NCBI GenBank assembly: GCA_038848005.1
Contig: JAWCNZ010000005.1
Location: forward strand, 1,647 to 65,646
Direction: 5' to 3'
Length of the DNA stretch: 64,000 nt
From: Candidatus Bathyarchaeia archaeon
Lineage (GTDB): Archaea; Thermoproteota; Bathyarchaeia; Bathyarchaeales; Bathycorpusculaceae
In this document: piece after piece, positions 53,325-62,998 of the stretch
How the letters are laid out: each line of letters opens with the position of its first letter
Position numbering within the stretch: position 1 is the stretch's first letter
Translations under genes and position numbers: made by a program
Notes under the pieces: generated by a model
The model's database searches: none
The model's input: only the letters and a program-made list of their open reading frames with translations
Told to the model about the DNA's origin: nothing

Positions 53325-54296
53325 TTGCCAATAATTAAAGGCAAAGTTAACGAGATACCGAAGCCGTTGGAACAGCTTTCAGAAGAAGAGCTCATGAGGA
53401 AAAGGTGTATAGGCAAGGTTATGACACATACGCTTAACTATTTAACATGTGAATTCATCAAAAACGGGTTCGAATGGCTGTTGCCCGTAATATTTTCCAA
53501 ATCAACAGACCCCTTGTGGCCAGATCCGGGAGCGTCTCTTGAAAAGCGTGTTGAAGTGGAAATTTACGGTGAAACCGTTAGGACAACCTTAAGCATGATT
53601 GTTCATAAGATGGTTGCTTGTTCTTTGGCTTATCCAAAACTTTTCATTTTATCCCCAAACGTGAGAATTGAGAGGGGTGACAGGGCAAATAGCGGAATTC
53701 ACGCCTACGAGTTTACACAATTTGATTTTGAAGTTAGAGAAGCCACCTCAGACGACATCAGAAGCCTCACCGAAAAAGCACTTTGCGGACTAATAGAAAG
53801 TTTAAGGAGAGATTTACGTGAAGAGTTAACCTATCTTGGACGCCATAGCAGTTTAAATGTTCCGAGCATGCCGTTTAAGGTTTATGATAGAAAGGAGCTT
53901 GAGTTTGAGTATGGAAATGATTGGGAAACCAAACTGACAGTTGAGGCTAAAAACCCAGTTTGGGTTACAAACATTCCAAGAGAGTTCTATGACTTTGAAG
54001 ATTTTGAAAGTGGAAAATGGGACAATTATGATTTAATCCTCCCAAAATATGGCGAGGTTATGTCTGGCTCCAAAAGAGAATGGGACTATCAAAAAATCGT
54101 CAAAAAAATGGAAAGAGACGGCGTTAAAAAGGAAAACTTTAAAACACTCTTGACATTGGCAAAAGAGGGAAAAATTCGTCCTTCAGCGGGTGCAGGAATA
54201 GGAATGGAAAGACTTGTCAGTTGGATTGTTGGAGCCAAACACATAGGCGAAACTCAACTGTTCCCCAAAATTCCAGGGATAATCTATGATTTATAG
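53325..54296 (+). CDS. Class II aaRS-like catalytic-core protein (archaeal asparagine synthetase A-like)
   Basis: Motif 2-like VRIERGDRANSGIHAYEFTQFDFE and motif 3 GAGIGMERLV, with no anticodon-binding domain. The TTG start is uncertain. Confidence 0.65.
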   Translation: MPIIKGKVNEIPKPLEQLSEEELMRKRCIGKVMTHTLNYLTCEFIKNGFEWLLPVIFSKSTDPLWPDPGASLEKRVEVEIYGETVRTTLSMIVHKMVACSLAYPKLFILSPNVRIERGDRANSGIHAYEFTQFDFEVREATSDDIRSLTEKALCGLIESLRRDLREELTYLGRHSSLNVPSMPFKVYDRKELEFEYGNDWETKLTVEAKNPVWVTNIPREFYDFEDFESGKWDNYDLILPKYGEVMSGSKREWDYQKIVKKMERDGVKKENFKTLLTLAKEGKIRPSAGAGIGMERLVSWIVGAKHIGETQLFPKIPGIIYDL

Positions 54297-54308
54297 GGTG
54301 TTAATGAA

Positions 54309-56201
54309 ATGCAGAAACTAAGCACATGCCTCGACGCATTGCGACCAAAACTAAGCCAAAATGACTACGAGAAACTATGTGCAATAGCAAACCCAAAAGT
54401 CCACCAGTTTATAGCCGAAGCTGCTGAACTCTGCAACCCAGATAAAATCTTTGTCTGCAACGATTCTCCAGAAGACATCGCTTACATTCGGCGTCAAGCA
54501 ATCGCCACAGGCGAAGAAAAACAGTTGGCTATTCCTGGACACACAGTCCACTTCGACGGACCCTACGACCAAGGTAGAGACCGTGAAGCCACCAAATACT
54601 TGGTGCCGAAAGGAGACCACCTTAGCAAAGCCCTAAACCAAATCGACAGAGATGAAGGCCTAGCGGAAGTGAAAACTCTGCTTAAAAACTCCATGAAGGG
54701 ACGTACAATGATTGTTCAATTTGTCTCTTTGGGACCGGCTAACTCCATATTCACAATTCTCGGTTTGCAGTGCACCGACTCATGGTATGTGGCACATTCT
54801 GAGCATCTCCTCTTTAGGGCTGGCTATGAAGTTTTCCGCCAAGCAGAACCGAACAGAAACTTTTTGCGTGTTCTGCATTCTGCTGGAAAGTTGGACGAAA
54901 ACATGGTTAGCGTGGAACATGAAAAGAAATGTGTTTATATTGATTATAGCGAGGACACCATCTACAGCGTTAATACGCAGTATGCGGGCAACTCTGTTGG
55001 CTTTAAAAAACTTGCTTTTCGCCTTGCTATTCGCAAAGCCAACCAAGAAGGGTGGCTGGCTGAGCACATGATGATTGTGGGCGTTCATGGTCCAGGCGGA
55101 CGCAAAACCTATTTTGCAGGTGCTTTTCCAAGCGCTTGCGGTAAAACCTCCACGGCTATGCTTCCAGGGGAAACAATACTCGGCGACGACATAGCCTATA
55201 TCCGCAATATTGGTTCAGTTGCCCGCGCAGTGAACGTTGAATGTGGAATATTTGGCATTATTCAAAACATCAACCCGAAGGACGATCCTGTAATCTTTAA
55301 AGTGCTTACAAGCCCAGGCGAAGTTATCTTCTCAAACGTGCTTGTTAAGGATGGAAAGCCGTACTGGCTTGGCATGGGCTGTGAACTTCCAAAGGACGGC
55401 GTAAACTATACTGGTTATTGGTGGGAAGGCAAAACGGATGATCATGGCAACCCCATCCCGCCAGCCCACAAAAATGCTCGTTACACAGTGGCGCTTAAAG
55501 CGTTGGAAAACTGTGACCCAGAGTTGGATAATCCTTTAGGTGTGGAATTGGGCGGCATAATGTACGGCGGACGTGACGCTAAGGCTTATGTTCCTGTCCA
55601 GCAAAGCTTCAACTGGGAGCACGGGATTATCTGTTATGGAGCTTCGTTGGAGACTGAAACAACCTATGCCATAGTCGGCGAAGAGGGAATACCAGAAATA
55701 AACATGATGAGCATCCAAGATTTTGTTTCAATTCCCCTTGGACAGAACATACGCAACAATTTAGCGTTTGGAAGGAAACTTAGGAAGCCGCCAATCATTT
55801 TTGGAGTTAACTATTTCTTGAGGGATAGGGAAACTGGCAAATTTTTGAATGCTCCAAGGGACAAGCATGTTTGGGTGAAATGGATGGAACTGAGAGTGCA
55901 TGGAGATATTGGAGCGTTAAGGTCGCCTACTGGTTTACTTCCAAAATACGAGGATTTGCGTTTGCTTTTCCGCCAAGTGTTAGGCAAAGAATATAGAAGG
56001 GAGGATTACATTAAACAATTCACCATTCGTGTCCCTGAAAACTTGGCAAAAATTGAGCGGGCGGAACGGTTTTACCGAGAAAAAGTTGCAGATACACCAG
56101 AAGAGCTATTCGAAATATTAGACCAACAACGCAAGCGTCTGCTCGAAGCAAAAGAAAAATTTGGCGATTACATTCCACCAGAAAAATTTGAAGAAGAATA
56201 A
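54309..56201 (+). CDS. pckG: Phosphoenolpyruvate carboxykinase (GTP)
   Basis: Kinase-1a FPSACGKTS, GDDIAY, NARYT. 630 aa. Confidence 0.92.
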   Translation: MQKLSTCLDALRPKLSQNDYEKLCAIANPKVHQFIAEAAELCNPDKIFVCNDSPEDIAYIRRQAIATGEEKQLAIPGHTVHFDGPYDQGRDREATKYLVPKGDHLSKALNQIDRDEGLAEVKTLLKNSMKGRTMIVQFVSLGPANSIFTILGLQCTDSWYVAHSEHLLFRAGYEVFRQAEPNRNFLRVLHSAGKLDENMVSVEHEKKCVYIDYSEDTIYSVNTQYAGNSVGFKKLAFRLAIRKANQEGWLAEHMMIVGVHGPGGRKTYFAGAFPSACGKTSTAMLPGETILGDDIAYIRNIGSVARAVNVECGIFGIIQNINPKDDPVIFKVLTSPGEVIFSNVLVKDGKPYWLGMGCELPKDGVNYTGYWWEGKTDDHGNPIPPAHKNARYTVALKALENCDPELDNPLGVELGGIMYGGRDAKAYVPVQQSFNWEHGIICYGASLETETTYAIVGEEGIPEINMMSIQDFVSIPLGQNIRNNLAFGRKLRKPPIIFGVNYFLRDRETGKFLNAPRDKHVWVKWMELRVHGDIGALRSPTGLLPKYEDLRLLFRQVLGKEYRREDYIKQFTIRVPENLAKIERAERFYREKVADTPEELFEILDQQRKRLLEAKEKFGDYIPPEKFEEE

Positions 56202-56298
56202 AAGGAAAAGCTGTATTTTCAAGCTTTAAACCCAGCAATTTTCATTAAAATCGCTTTTTATTGTTTGAGGCACACTTAAATTAATGTTTAAGTAAAGG

Positions 56299-56327
56299 CT
56301 TTCCACTTAAACAATGGAAAGTTTTTT
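56299..56327 (+). terminator. Hairpin plus T-run downstream of pckG
   Basis: CTTTCCA (56299-56305) pairs with TGGAAAG (56315-56321), followed by a T-run. Confidence 0.35.
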
Positions 56328-56377
56328 ATGTATAATCATATGAAACCATGATAATCGAGAATGTTGGAGGAAATTAA

Positions 56378-56548
56378 ATGGGTAAATGTCCAAAATGCGG
56401 AACAGTTGTTGGCACACCTAAAAAGAAGTGGACAATGGCGGGACGCCCAGACAAGTCAGGCAAAAGGATGCAGTTAGAAATTGGACTTTTCGATTGTCCA
56501 AAATGCAAGAAACCATTCCGAGAAGTCTTAAGCAAGAAGAAGGTTTAA
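56378..56548 (+). CDS. Small zinc-ribbon protein (56 aa, below the ORF-track cutoff), paralog of the next gene
   Basis: Translation is MGKCPKCGTVVGTPKKKWTMAGRPDKSGKRMQLEIGLFDCPKCKKPFREVLSKKKV. GGAGG lies 8 nt upstream. Confidence 0.5.
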   Translation: MGKCPKCGTVVGTPKKKWTMAGRPDKSGKRMQLEIGLFDCPKCKKPFREVLSKKKV

Positions 56549-56571
56549 ACTGAAAAGTACGGCGAATACCC

Positions 56572-56787
56572 ATGCCAAAAAGCCAAACAAAAGAACATCT
56601 CTGCCCCGAGTGTGGAACAGAAGCAAAGGAACCATACAAAACATGGGAGCTTATAGCCCCCTTCCCAGACAAAAAAATGCGGATAACCCTAACAATCTTC
56701 GGCATGTACGAATGCCCAAAATGCGGCAAAAAATTCAAAGATATTGTTAGTAAAGCCAAACTGGGCGCAGAGGGCATAGAAGTTTAG
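56572..56787 (+). CDS. Small zinc-ribbon protein (71 aa)
   Basis: CPECGT...W...FGMYECPKCGKKFKDIVSK, the same architecture as the preceding 56-aa ORF. Confidence 0.5.
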   Translation: MPKSQTKEHLCPECGTEAKEPYKTWELIAPFPDKKMRITLTIFGMYECPKCGKKFKDIVSKAKLGAEGIEV

Positions 56788-56900
56788 GCTTGCCATTTTC
56801 CATCCCCTATTTTTCCAATTATCATTTTTAACCGTTAAGTTTTAAAACATAAACGCCTAAATCAACAAGAACCCATCAGCAAAAGAAGGTTTAACCATTG

Positions 56901-57908
56901 ATGTTGGAAACTCTTAAAAAAATTTGGAAAAACGAGTACATACAAACAATAATAACAATTGTCATATTAGTCGCTTTTGTTTTCGGTTTTTGGCGCATAA
57001 TCCAATTCGCATTAGGAACGGAATATCCAGCCTTAGCAGTGGCTTCCGAAAGCATGTTGCCAACATTAAACGTAGGCGACCTCATAATAGTCCAAGGAGT
57101 AAACCCAGAACAAATAAACGCGAAGCCAACAACTGGCGACATTATTGTTTTCAAAAAGTCAAATAACGACCTTGTAGTTCACAGAGCAATCGACTGGGAT
57201 GGTCATTCGTTTACAACAAAGGGAGACAACAACCTAAGCCCAGACGCCGAAAAAGTTGATAAAAGCGCAGTTGTTGGGAGGGTTATAGAAAAAATACCTT
57301 ACGTGGGGAACTTGGCATTAATCATGCACACAGCAGAAAACATGTACTTATTTATCATTATACTCATCATATTAATGGCGATAATTATTATTTTTCCATT
57401 TGAGGAAGAGAAAGCAAGCAACACAACAGAAAAAGCGAGCTTTTGGAAGCGCATTCCCACTAAAACAATTTATTTCGCAACTGTAAACGTGCTTCTCATC
57501 TGCCTCATAATTTTCAGTTTGTGGGGAGCCTTCACGTTTTGGAATCCAGGTGCTGGTCAAAACGGTCGAGGCGAATACGTAAGCCTTTATGGCATGTACT
57601 CTGATGTGCAGTTTCATGAAAGCTTCAAAAACACGCAACAAATCAGCAGAGTAGAGCTCACTCAAGGTTTTTTGGTATATGCTATTAACTGTGAGATAAA
57701 CGGCGAATTGCGAACGGGTGTTCCAACTTTTTCGTGGGCTCAAGCCGCAGTAATCGGTCTTTTGGCGTTTGACATTTGGGAGTTGATTAAAATTTTAAAA
57801 AAGCGAAAGCTGGAGTTTAAAATTAAATGGAGAAAAAGTGTTTCTGCAGCGCTTCAACCTCAGCAAATAGCAATCCTAACCCAAAAGACACGAAAAAGCT
57901 TACCATAG
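56901..57908 (+). CDS. Signal peptidase I (archaeal Sec11/S26B type) with a long C-terminal membrane extension
   Basis: Catalytic contexts SESMLPTL, VVHRAI and KGDNN. Two further TM segments after the peptidase domain. Confidence 0.75.
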   Translation: MLETLKKIWKNEYIQTIITIVILVAFVFGFWRIIQFALGTEYPALAVASESMLPTLNVGDLIIVQGVNPEQINAKPTTGDIIVFKKSNNDLVVHRAIDWDGHSFTTKGDNNLSPDAEKVDKSAVVGRVIEKIPYVGNLALIMHTAENMYLFIIILIILMAIIIIFPFEEEKASNTTEKASFWKRIPTKTIYFATVNVLLICLIIFSLWGAFTFWNPGAGQNGRGEYVSLYGMYSDVQFHESFKNTQQISRVELTQGFLVYAINCEINGELRTGVPTFSWAQAAVIGLLAFDIWELIKILKKRKLEFKIKWRKSVSAALQPQQIAILTQKTRKSLP

Positions 57909-57910
57909 GC

Positions 57911-57917
57911 TTTATAA
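57911..57917 (+). promoter_or_regulatory. Candidate TATA box for tbp
   Basis: TTTATAA lies 35 nt upstream of ATG 57953. Confidence 0.3.
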
Positions 57918-57952
57918 GGGATATTTAAACATTCATATAAGAAGTGGTGTTT

Positions 57953-58513
57953 ATGCCGAAAGTTAAAGCCATAGTAAACATCGAAAACGTTGTTGCTTCT
58001 GCAACATTGAACCAGAAAGTTGATTTAAACGCTGTTGTTAAGGGTTATCCAGGCGTGGAATACCGTCCAGAGCAGTTTCCAGGGCTAGTGTTTAGGCTTA
58101 AAAGACCGAAGACAGCAACTTTGATTTTCAATTCTGGGAAGATGGTTTGCACAGGCGCAAAATCGGAGAAGGAAGCGCGCAGAGCCGTCATGAAAGTAAT
58201 TAAAGAGTTAAAGAAAAGCGGGATAATCATTATTAGCAAGCCAGAACTGCGAATACAAAACATTGTGGCTTCCGCAAGCCTAGGCGGAATGATAGACTTG
58301 GAGAAGTCAGCGTATACACTTGGAAAAACAATGTATGAACCAGAACAGTTTCCAGGCTTAATTTACAGGATGGATGAACCGAAAGTGGTGATACTGTTAT
58401 TTGCAAGTGGAAAACTTGTTTGCACCGGAGCCAAAAAGGAACAGGACGTTTACGACGCCGTCCAAAAACTTCACAAAATACTAGAGGAGCAAGAACTCAT
58501 ATTTTACGAGTAA
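57953..58513 (+). CDS. tbp: TATA-box-binding protein
   Basis: Two direct repeats, IENVVASA...EQFPGLVFRL...GKMVCTGAKS and IQNIVASA...EQFPGLIYRM...GKLVCTGAKK. Confidence 0.92.
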   Translation: MPKVKAIVNIENVVASATLNQKVDLNAVVKGYPGVEYRPEQFPGLVFRLKRPKTATLIFNSGKMVCTGAKSEKEARRAVMKVIKELKKSGIIIISKPELRIQNIVASASLGGMIDLEKSAYTLGKTMYEPEQFPGLIYRMDEPKVVILLFASGKLVCTGAKKEQDVYDAVQKLHKILEEQELIFYE

Positions 58514-58520
58514 GCTTATC

Positions 58521-59177
58521 CTATCCCTTTTTAGTTTGCCTCAAAATTGTTTTCAACTGCTCCTCGTCTATCACTCCAACCTCATAGAGTTTGTCAGCTA
58601 CTTCTCTTACGCTAAGCAAAGCATGAAGCCTTATCCCGCTTCTTTCAAGTTTTTCTTTTCCGCCTTCTTCTCTGTCTAAAAGCACAACAGCGTCTGTTAC
58701 CACGCCGCCTTCGGCTGTTATGGCTTTAGCCGCTTTTTTAAGCGATAAGCCAGTTGTTATTAGGTCGTCAACAAGCAAAACATGGTCGCCGGGGTTTATG
58801 ATGCCCTCTATCCTTCTTTGTCTTCCATGAAGGCGAACGCCCTTGCGTACGTAAAGGAACGGCTTTTTTAGATGGTAAGCGATTAAAGATGCGAAGGGAA
58901 TGCCTGCAACTGCTATTCCAGCTATGCGCTCAAAATTTTCCGCGCCTATCTCTGCCTTTATAAAGTTTACATAGAAGTCGCATACTTTTTGGAAAGCGTC
59001 TGGAAAGCTTGGAATTATTCTTAGGTCTATGTAGTAAGGGCTTATTTTTCCGCTTGTAAGTTTGAATGTGCCGAACTGTAATGCGCCTATCTTGTTTAGG
59101 ATTCTGCAAATTTCAAATTTCACGTTCTCAACTGCCAAGGTTTCACGTCCTCTTTGAAATTTGGTATATTTTGCCAA
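58521..59177 (-). CDS. pyrE: Orotate phosphoribosyltransferase
   Basis: FKLTSGKISPYYIDLR and the PRPP loop VLLVDDLITTGLS. The start is uncertain; it overlaps the upstream gene by 35 nt if ATG 59177 is used. Confidence 0.8.
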   Translation of the reverse strand: MAKYTKFQRGRETLAVENVKFEICRILNKIGALQFGTFKLTSGKISPYYIDLRIIPSFPDAFQKVCDFYVNFIKAEIGAENFERIAGIAVAGIPFASLIAYHLKKPFLYVRKGVRLHGRQRRIEGIINPGDHVLLVDDLITTGLSLKKAAKAITAEGGVVTDAVVLLDREEGGKEKLERSGIRLHALLSVREVADKLYEVGVIDEEQLKTILRQTKKG

Positions 59178-59835
59178 CTTCAGGTATTTGGCAATTGACC
59201 TTTGGCATTTCCCTCTTCAAAATTTCACAGAACCTTTTCTGGTCTGCTGTTGAACCAGTATGGTAGGGAACAGCCACAATAGGCTTTGTTAACCTTGCAA
59301 TTTCAACGCCTGTTTCAGGCGAAGTTCCAGGGGCAATCCCCACGGTGCAGAAAACAACATCAAACTTTTCCTTTTCGCCTATTTCCGCCATTTCTGGAAA
59401 TGGCAAGCTGTCTGCCGTATGGAAAATTTTCACGCCGTCCTCGCTTGTGATTATGAATGTTACTGGCGTGGACGCTGGTGGATGATTACACTTTTCAGCT
59501 TTCACCAAAACTTCGCCGAGCTTCACCTCTGAACCAGGCTTAACCTCCTGCAGTTTTTCAGGTGGAATAATGTTTCGCAGTCTTCTGGCGGATGTGGGGT
59601 CAGCTATAACTACGCATAAGGTTTGCTTGTGTATTTCCGCAACAAGCGACTGGTCTAAATGGTCGTAATGCTCATGTGTAATTAAAATTGCATCCACATT
59701 TTTGAAGCTTCGAGGCTTAACTTCCACAGGGTCTATTACGAGGGTTTTCGACGGGGTTTTTATGGATACTCCAGCGTAACGGTTAAACCAAACAAACAAA
59801 ATCTCATTTTTTGCTGGGGTTTTTTCAATCGCCAT
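59143..59835 (-). CDS. MBL-fold metallo-hydrolase
   Basis: ILITHEHYDHLD. ATG 59835 is preceded by GAGGTG, so I prefer it over the track GTG at 59850. Confidence 0.7.
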   Translation of the reverse strand: MAIEKTPAKNEILFVWFNRYAGVSIKTPSKTLVIDPVEVKPRSFKNVDAILITHEHYDHLDQSLVAEIHKQTLCVVIADPTSARRLRNIIPPEKLQEVKPGSEVKLGEVLVKAEKCNHPPASTPVTFIITSEDGVKIFHTADSLPFPEMAEIGEKEKFDVVFCTVGIAPGTSPETGVEIARLTKPIVAVPYHTGSTADQKRFCEILKREMPKVNCQIPEVGKIYQISKRT

Positions 59836-59948
59836 AGCGGTACACCTCACAGTGTTATAGTTAGCGTTTAGGTTTTAAAGAACTTGTGCTTGCCTTGGTA
59901 AAGGTTAATAGTTTTGTTCGAGTTTTTCATACTTAATAGTGATGTGTC

Positions 59949-61223
59949 ATGGTGGATGTTTGGCTTCCCTACGGGAAAACTGAGGTTTGCGCGCGGATTC
60001 CAACGCGGAATTTTCTGGGCGTCATAGAGCCTAAAGAAAAGGCTGGTGTGCCAGACGCTAAAATGGAAATTGAAAGAGCCTTAAAAGAGCCAATAGCCTC
60101 CAAAAGGCTAAGTGAAATTGTTAAACCAGAAAGTAAGGTGGCAATAGTCGTTGATGACTTCACGAGACCAGCGCCGAGTCATTTGATGGTGCCACCTTTG
60201 TTGGACGAGTTAAATGCGGCTGGCGTTAAAGATGAGAACATAACAGTTATTTTTGGTTGTGGAACCCATAGGGCAGTTACGCCCGAAGAAGCCGTTGCGT
60301 TGTTAGGTGAAACGGTTGTTAAACGTGTAAAAACCGTAAGCCACAACTGCAAAGCGCAAGACTTGGTTTATGTTGGCACCACGCAAAAGCATGGAACAAA
60401 AATTTATTTGAACCGCATCTTCGCCGAGGCTGACGTGAAAATTTTAACTGGCGATGTCGACTTTCACTATTATGCTGGTTATGGCGGGGGGAGAAAAAGC
60501 GTTTTGCCAGGAGTTTCAGGTGAAGAAACTATAAAGCATAATCATGCTTTGCTTTTGCATCCAAACGCGAAAACTGGAGTTTTGGATGGGAATCCAGTTC
60601 ACGAGGATATGGTTGAAACTGCAAAAATGGCGAGGGTGAATTTTATTTTGAATGTTGTAATGAACAGCAAAAAAGAAGTTGTGAAGGCTTTTGCAGGTGA
60701 TTTAGAGCAAGCCTTCCATGAAGGAGTTAAGCTTGTTGATGAAATGTACCGCATACCAGTAGACCGCAAGGCAGACATAGTTGTCGTCAGCCCAGGCGGA
60801 TACCCAGCGGACATAAACCTTTTCCAAGCGCACAAGGCTGTGGACAGCGCCCTTGAAGTTGTTAAACGTGGCGGCGTAATTGTTCTGGTGGCTGAATGCA
60901 TTGAAGGACATGGAAACCAAGTTTTTTATGATTGGATGGTTAAGTTTAAGGATTTGAAAGCTGTTGAGAGGGAAATAAAGAACAATTTTGTTTTAGGCGG
61001 ACACAAAGCCTACTACCTTCTAAAAGCTTTGCAGAAAGTTAAGATAATTCTGGTTTCAACAATGCCAGATTATTACGCCACAAACGTTTTCAAATTGAAA
61101 ACGGCGAGGGCAGTGAACGACGCCTTAAACGAAGCCTTCAACATTGCTGGAAGAAACGCAAAGGTTTGGGCTATGCCCTACGGAAACTTTACACTGCCAG
61201 AAGTTAAAACAAGCGAGGAGTAA
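59949..61223 (+). CDS. larA: LarA-family nickel-pincer-dependent racemase/epimerase
   Basis: VVDDFTRP, FGCGTHR and HYYAGYGGGRKSVLPG motifs. Confidence 0.82.
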   Translation: MVDVWLPYGKTEVCARIPTRNFLGVIEPKEKAGVPDAKMEIERALKEPIASKRLSEIVKPESKVAIVVDDFTRPAPSHLMVPPLLDELNAAGVKDENITVIFGCGTHRAVTPEEAVALLGETVVKRVKTVSHNCKAQDLVYVGTTQKHGTKIYLNRIFAEADVKILTGDVDFHYYAGYGGGRKSVLPGVSGEETIKHNHALLLHPNAKTGVLDGNPVHEDMVETAKMARVNFILNVVMNSKKEVVKAFAGDLEQAFHEGVKLVDEMYRIPVDRKADIVVVSPGGYPADINLFQAHKAVDSALEVVKRGGVIVLVAECIEGHGNQVFYDWMVKFKDLKAVEREIKNNFVLGGHKAYYLLKALQKVKIILVSTMPDYYATNVFKLKTARAVNDALNEAFNIAGRNAKVWAMPYGNFTLPEVKTSEE

Positions 61224-61249
61224 ACGTTTAAAAGGCGATTGGCTTTTCT

Positions 61250-61756
61250 TTGATTCACGCATCGGAGCGAAACGGAAACTTGCAAGAAACCTTTAAACTG
61301 CGGAAATTCGCGTTAAGTGACCTGCAAAAAGTAATGTATATAAACCGTGTTTGCCTACCAGAAAACTACACAGACTCCTTCTTCACTGAGCTATATTGCA
61401 GATTCCCAGAAACATTTATTGTCGCTGAAGAAAACGGGGAAGTCGTCGGTTACATAATGTGCCGCATAGAAATGGGCTTATCAAACTTCGGGTTCGGCGG
61501 CTTAATCAAGAAGGGACACATCGTTTCCATAGCTGTTCTCGAACATTATAGACGCAAAGGGATAGGAAAAGCCCTAATCAATAGGGCTATTGAAGGCATG
61601 CGCCTATACAACGCAAAACAATGCTTTTTAGAAGTTAGAGTTTCAAACACTTCAGCAATAGAATTATACAAAAAATTGGGGTTCCAAATAACACGCACAA
61701 TACATGGATACTACTCGGACGGAGAAGACGCCTACCTAATGACAAAAAAACTATGA
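61250..61756 (+). CDS. GNAT N-acetyltransferase (RimI/Ard1-like)
   Basis: Acetyl-CoA site HYRRKGIGKALI. The TTG start is uncertain; TTG 61280 is an alternative. Confidence 0.78.
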   Translation: MIHASERNGNLQETFKLRKFALSDLQKVMYINRVCLPENYTDSFFTELYCRFPETFIVAEENGEVVGYIMCRIEMGLSNFGFGGLIKKGHIVSIAVLEHYRRKGIGKALINRAIEGMRLYNAKQCFLEVRVSNTSAIELYKKLGFQITRTIHGYYSDGEDAYLMTKKL

Positions 61757-62200
61757 ATATTTAGGTTCTGCTTTTTCGTTTAGGAAGTTTATTGCTTGAA
61801 GCACGGATTTTGCAAAACCCAACAAACTTAGAAACATAGCAATTGTAAGAACCAAACGGAGGTCAACAACCAAACAAACATTTCGGTATGAAATGGCAAA
61901 TAATCCACCTTTCAAATACAAAATCAAATAAGAAATAGCGAACAAGAATTTAGTTGCTTCGAGGAAATACCTAAAAATCGTTCCAGAAGTGAACTCTCCA
62001 AGAACTATTAAAACCGTGTACACCATAACAAAAGTTTCAACTGTTTGGCGAAAATTGGGAACAAACTCCGAAATGGGAGCAATAAATATCCACAGTATAA
62101 AGTATAAAGCGTAAAAAAGAACGCCTTTCACAGTTGCCCTTAAAGTTTTGAACGCCAAACGCTTGAGCTCAGCTTTAAAACCATTCTTTCCCTCAGCCAT
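61751..62200 (-). CDS. Four-TM membrane protein, function unknown
   Basis: 149 aa, hydrophobic helices, 8-nt overlap with the upstream gene. Confidence 0.4.
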   Translation of the reverse strand: MAEGKNGFKAELKRLAFKTLRATVKGVLFYALYFILWIFIAPISEFVPNFRQTVETFVMVYTVLIVLGEFTSGTIFRYFLEATKFLFAISYLILYLKGGLFAISYRNVCLVVDLRLVLTIAMFLSLLGFAKSVLQAINFLNEKAEPKYS

Positions 62201-62972
62201 AAGGAAATCTCAACCCTTCAAAACTGAATATGGGAGTGCAAACGTTTACCTCAAAAACTCCTGTGGGGGTTACGCCGTCTATTCGAATATAAAACTCGAC
62301 AAATCCATTATAGGCTGTGTGTTGTGGAGCGTCAATTGTTGTTTGACCAAAACCAACAAGCGCACCAGCATCATTATACATTTGCATTTGTATGTTTCCA
62401 ACAACATCAAAAAATGCGTGGTTTTCAAAGCTTATGGGCAAAACAACCAAGAAGTGGGTTAAATTAAAATTTGAATATTCTGGTTTTCCAATCATAAAAT
62501 TGTATAGGGGTGCACCCCAAAACACTGAAAGGTTTGTTGAAGCTTGCACGGGGATTATCTCAGCAATTTTCATGCCAACAACCACGTATATTTGCAGTTC
62601 AGTATCATTAAACAGGAAGTTGCTGTTGTTTTCCAGCAAACTGGTGAAATTTACCGTCATGTTGTGAGCCGCTGTTACCATTTCGCCCTTTTTTATGATT
62701 GGTATAAAGGTTGTTGCATTCGTAATAACAAAGCCATCTTTCTCGGATATTTCAGTTGCCATACTAAGAGAACCTATGTTGTAAAATGCATTGTTTGTTA
62801 TCGTTATTGGCAAGGAAACAACAAAGTTGTTATCTGCAGTTAAACCCGTTTGGGGGTCGCCGAGGTTGAAGTGTAAATCTTTAACCGAATAAACTGCGGA
62901 AACAAAAAAGGCTATTAGAAAAATCCAGAAAAACGTTGTTGCCATACCCATAACTCGAATCGGCATTCTCAT
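62193..62972 (-). CDS. N-terminally anchored beta-rich extracytoplasmic protein, function unknown
   Basis: TM segment ATTFFWIFLIAFFVSAVYSV followed by about 230 aa that are beta-rich and sequon-containing. Confidence 0.4.
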   Translation of the reverse strand: MRMPIRVMGMATTFFWIFLIAFFVSAVYSVKDLHFNLGDPQTGLTADNNFVVSLPITITNNAFYNIGSLSMATEISEKDGFVITNATTFIPIIKKGEMVTAAHNMTVNFTSLLENNSNFLFNDTELQIYVVVGMKIAEIIPVQASTNLSVFWGAPLYNFMIGKPEYSNFNLTHFLVVLPISFENHAFFDVVGNIQMQMYNDAGALVGFGQTTIDAPQHTAYNGFVEFYIRIDGVTPTGVFEVNVCTPIFSFEGLRFPYG

Positions 62973-62998
62973 TTTGCCACTTTCCGGTCTGCACGATT

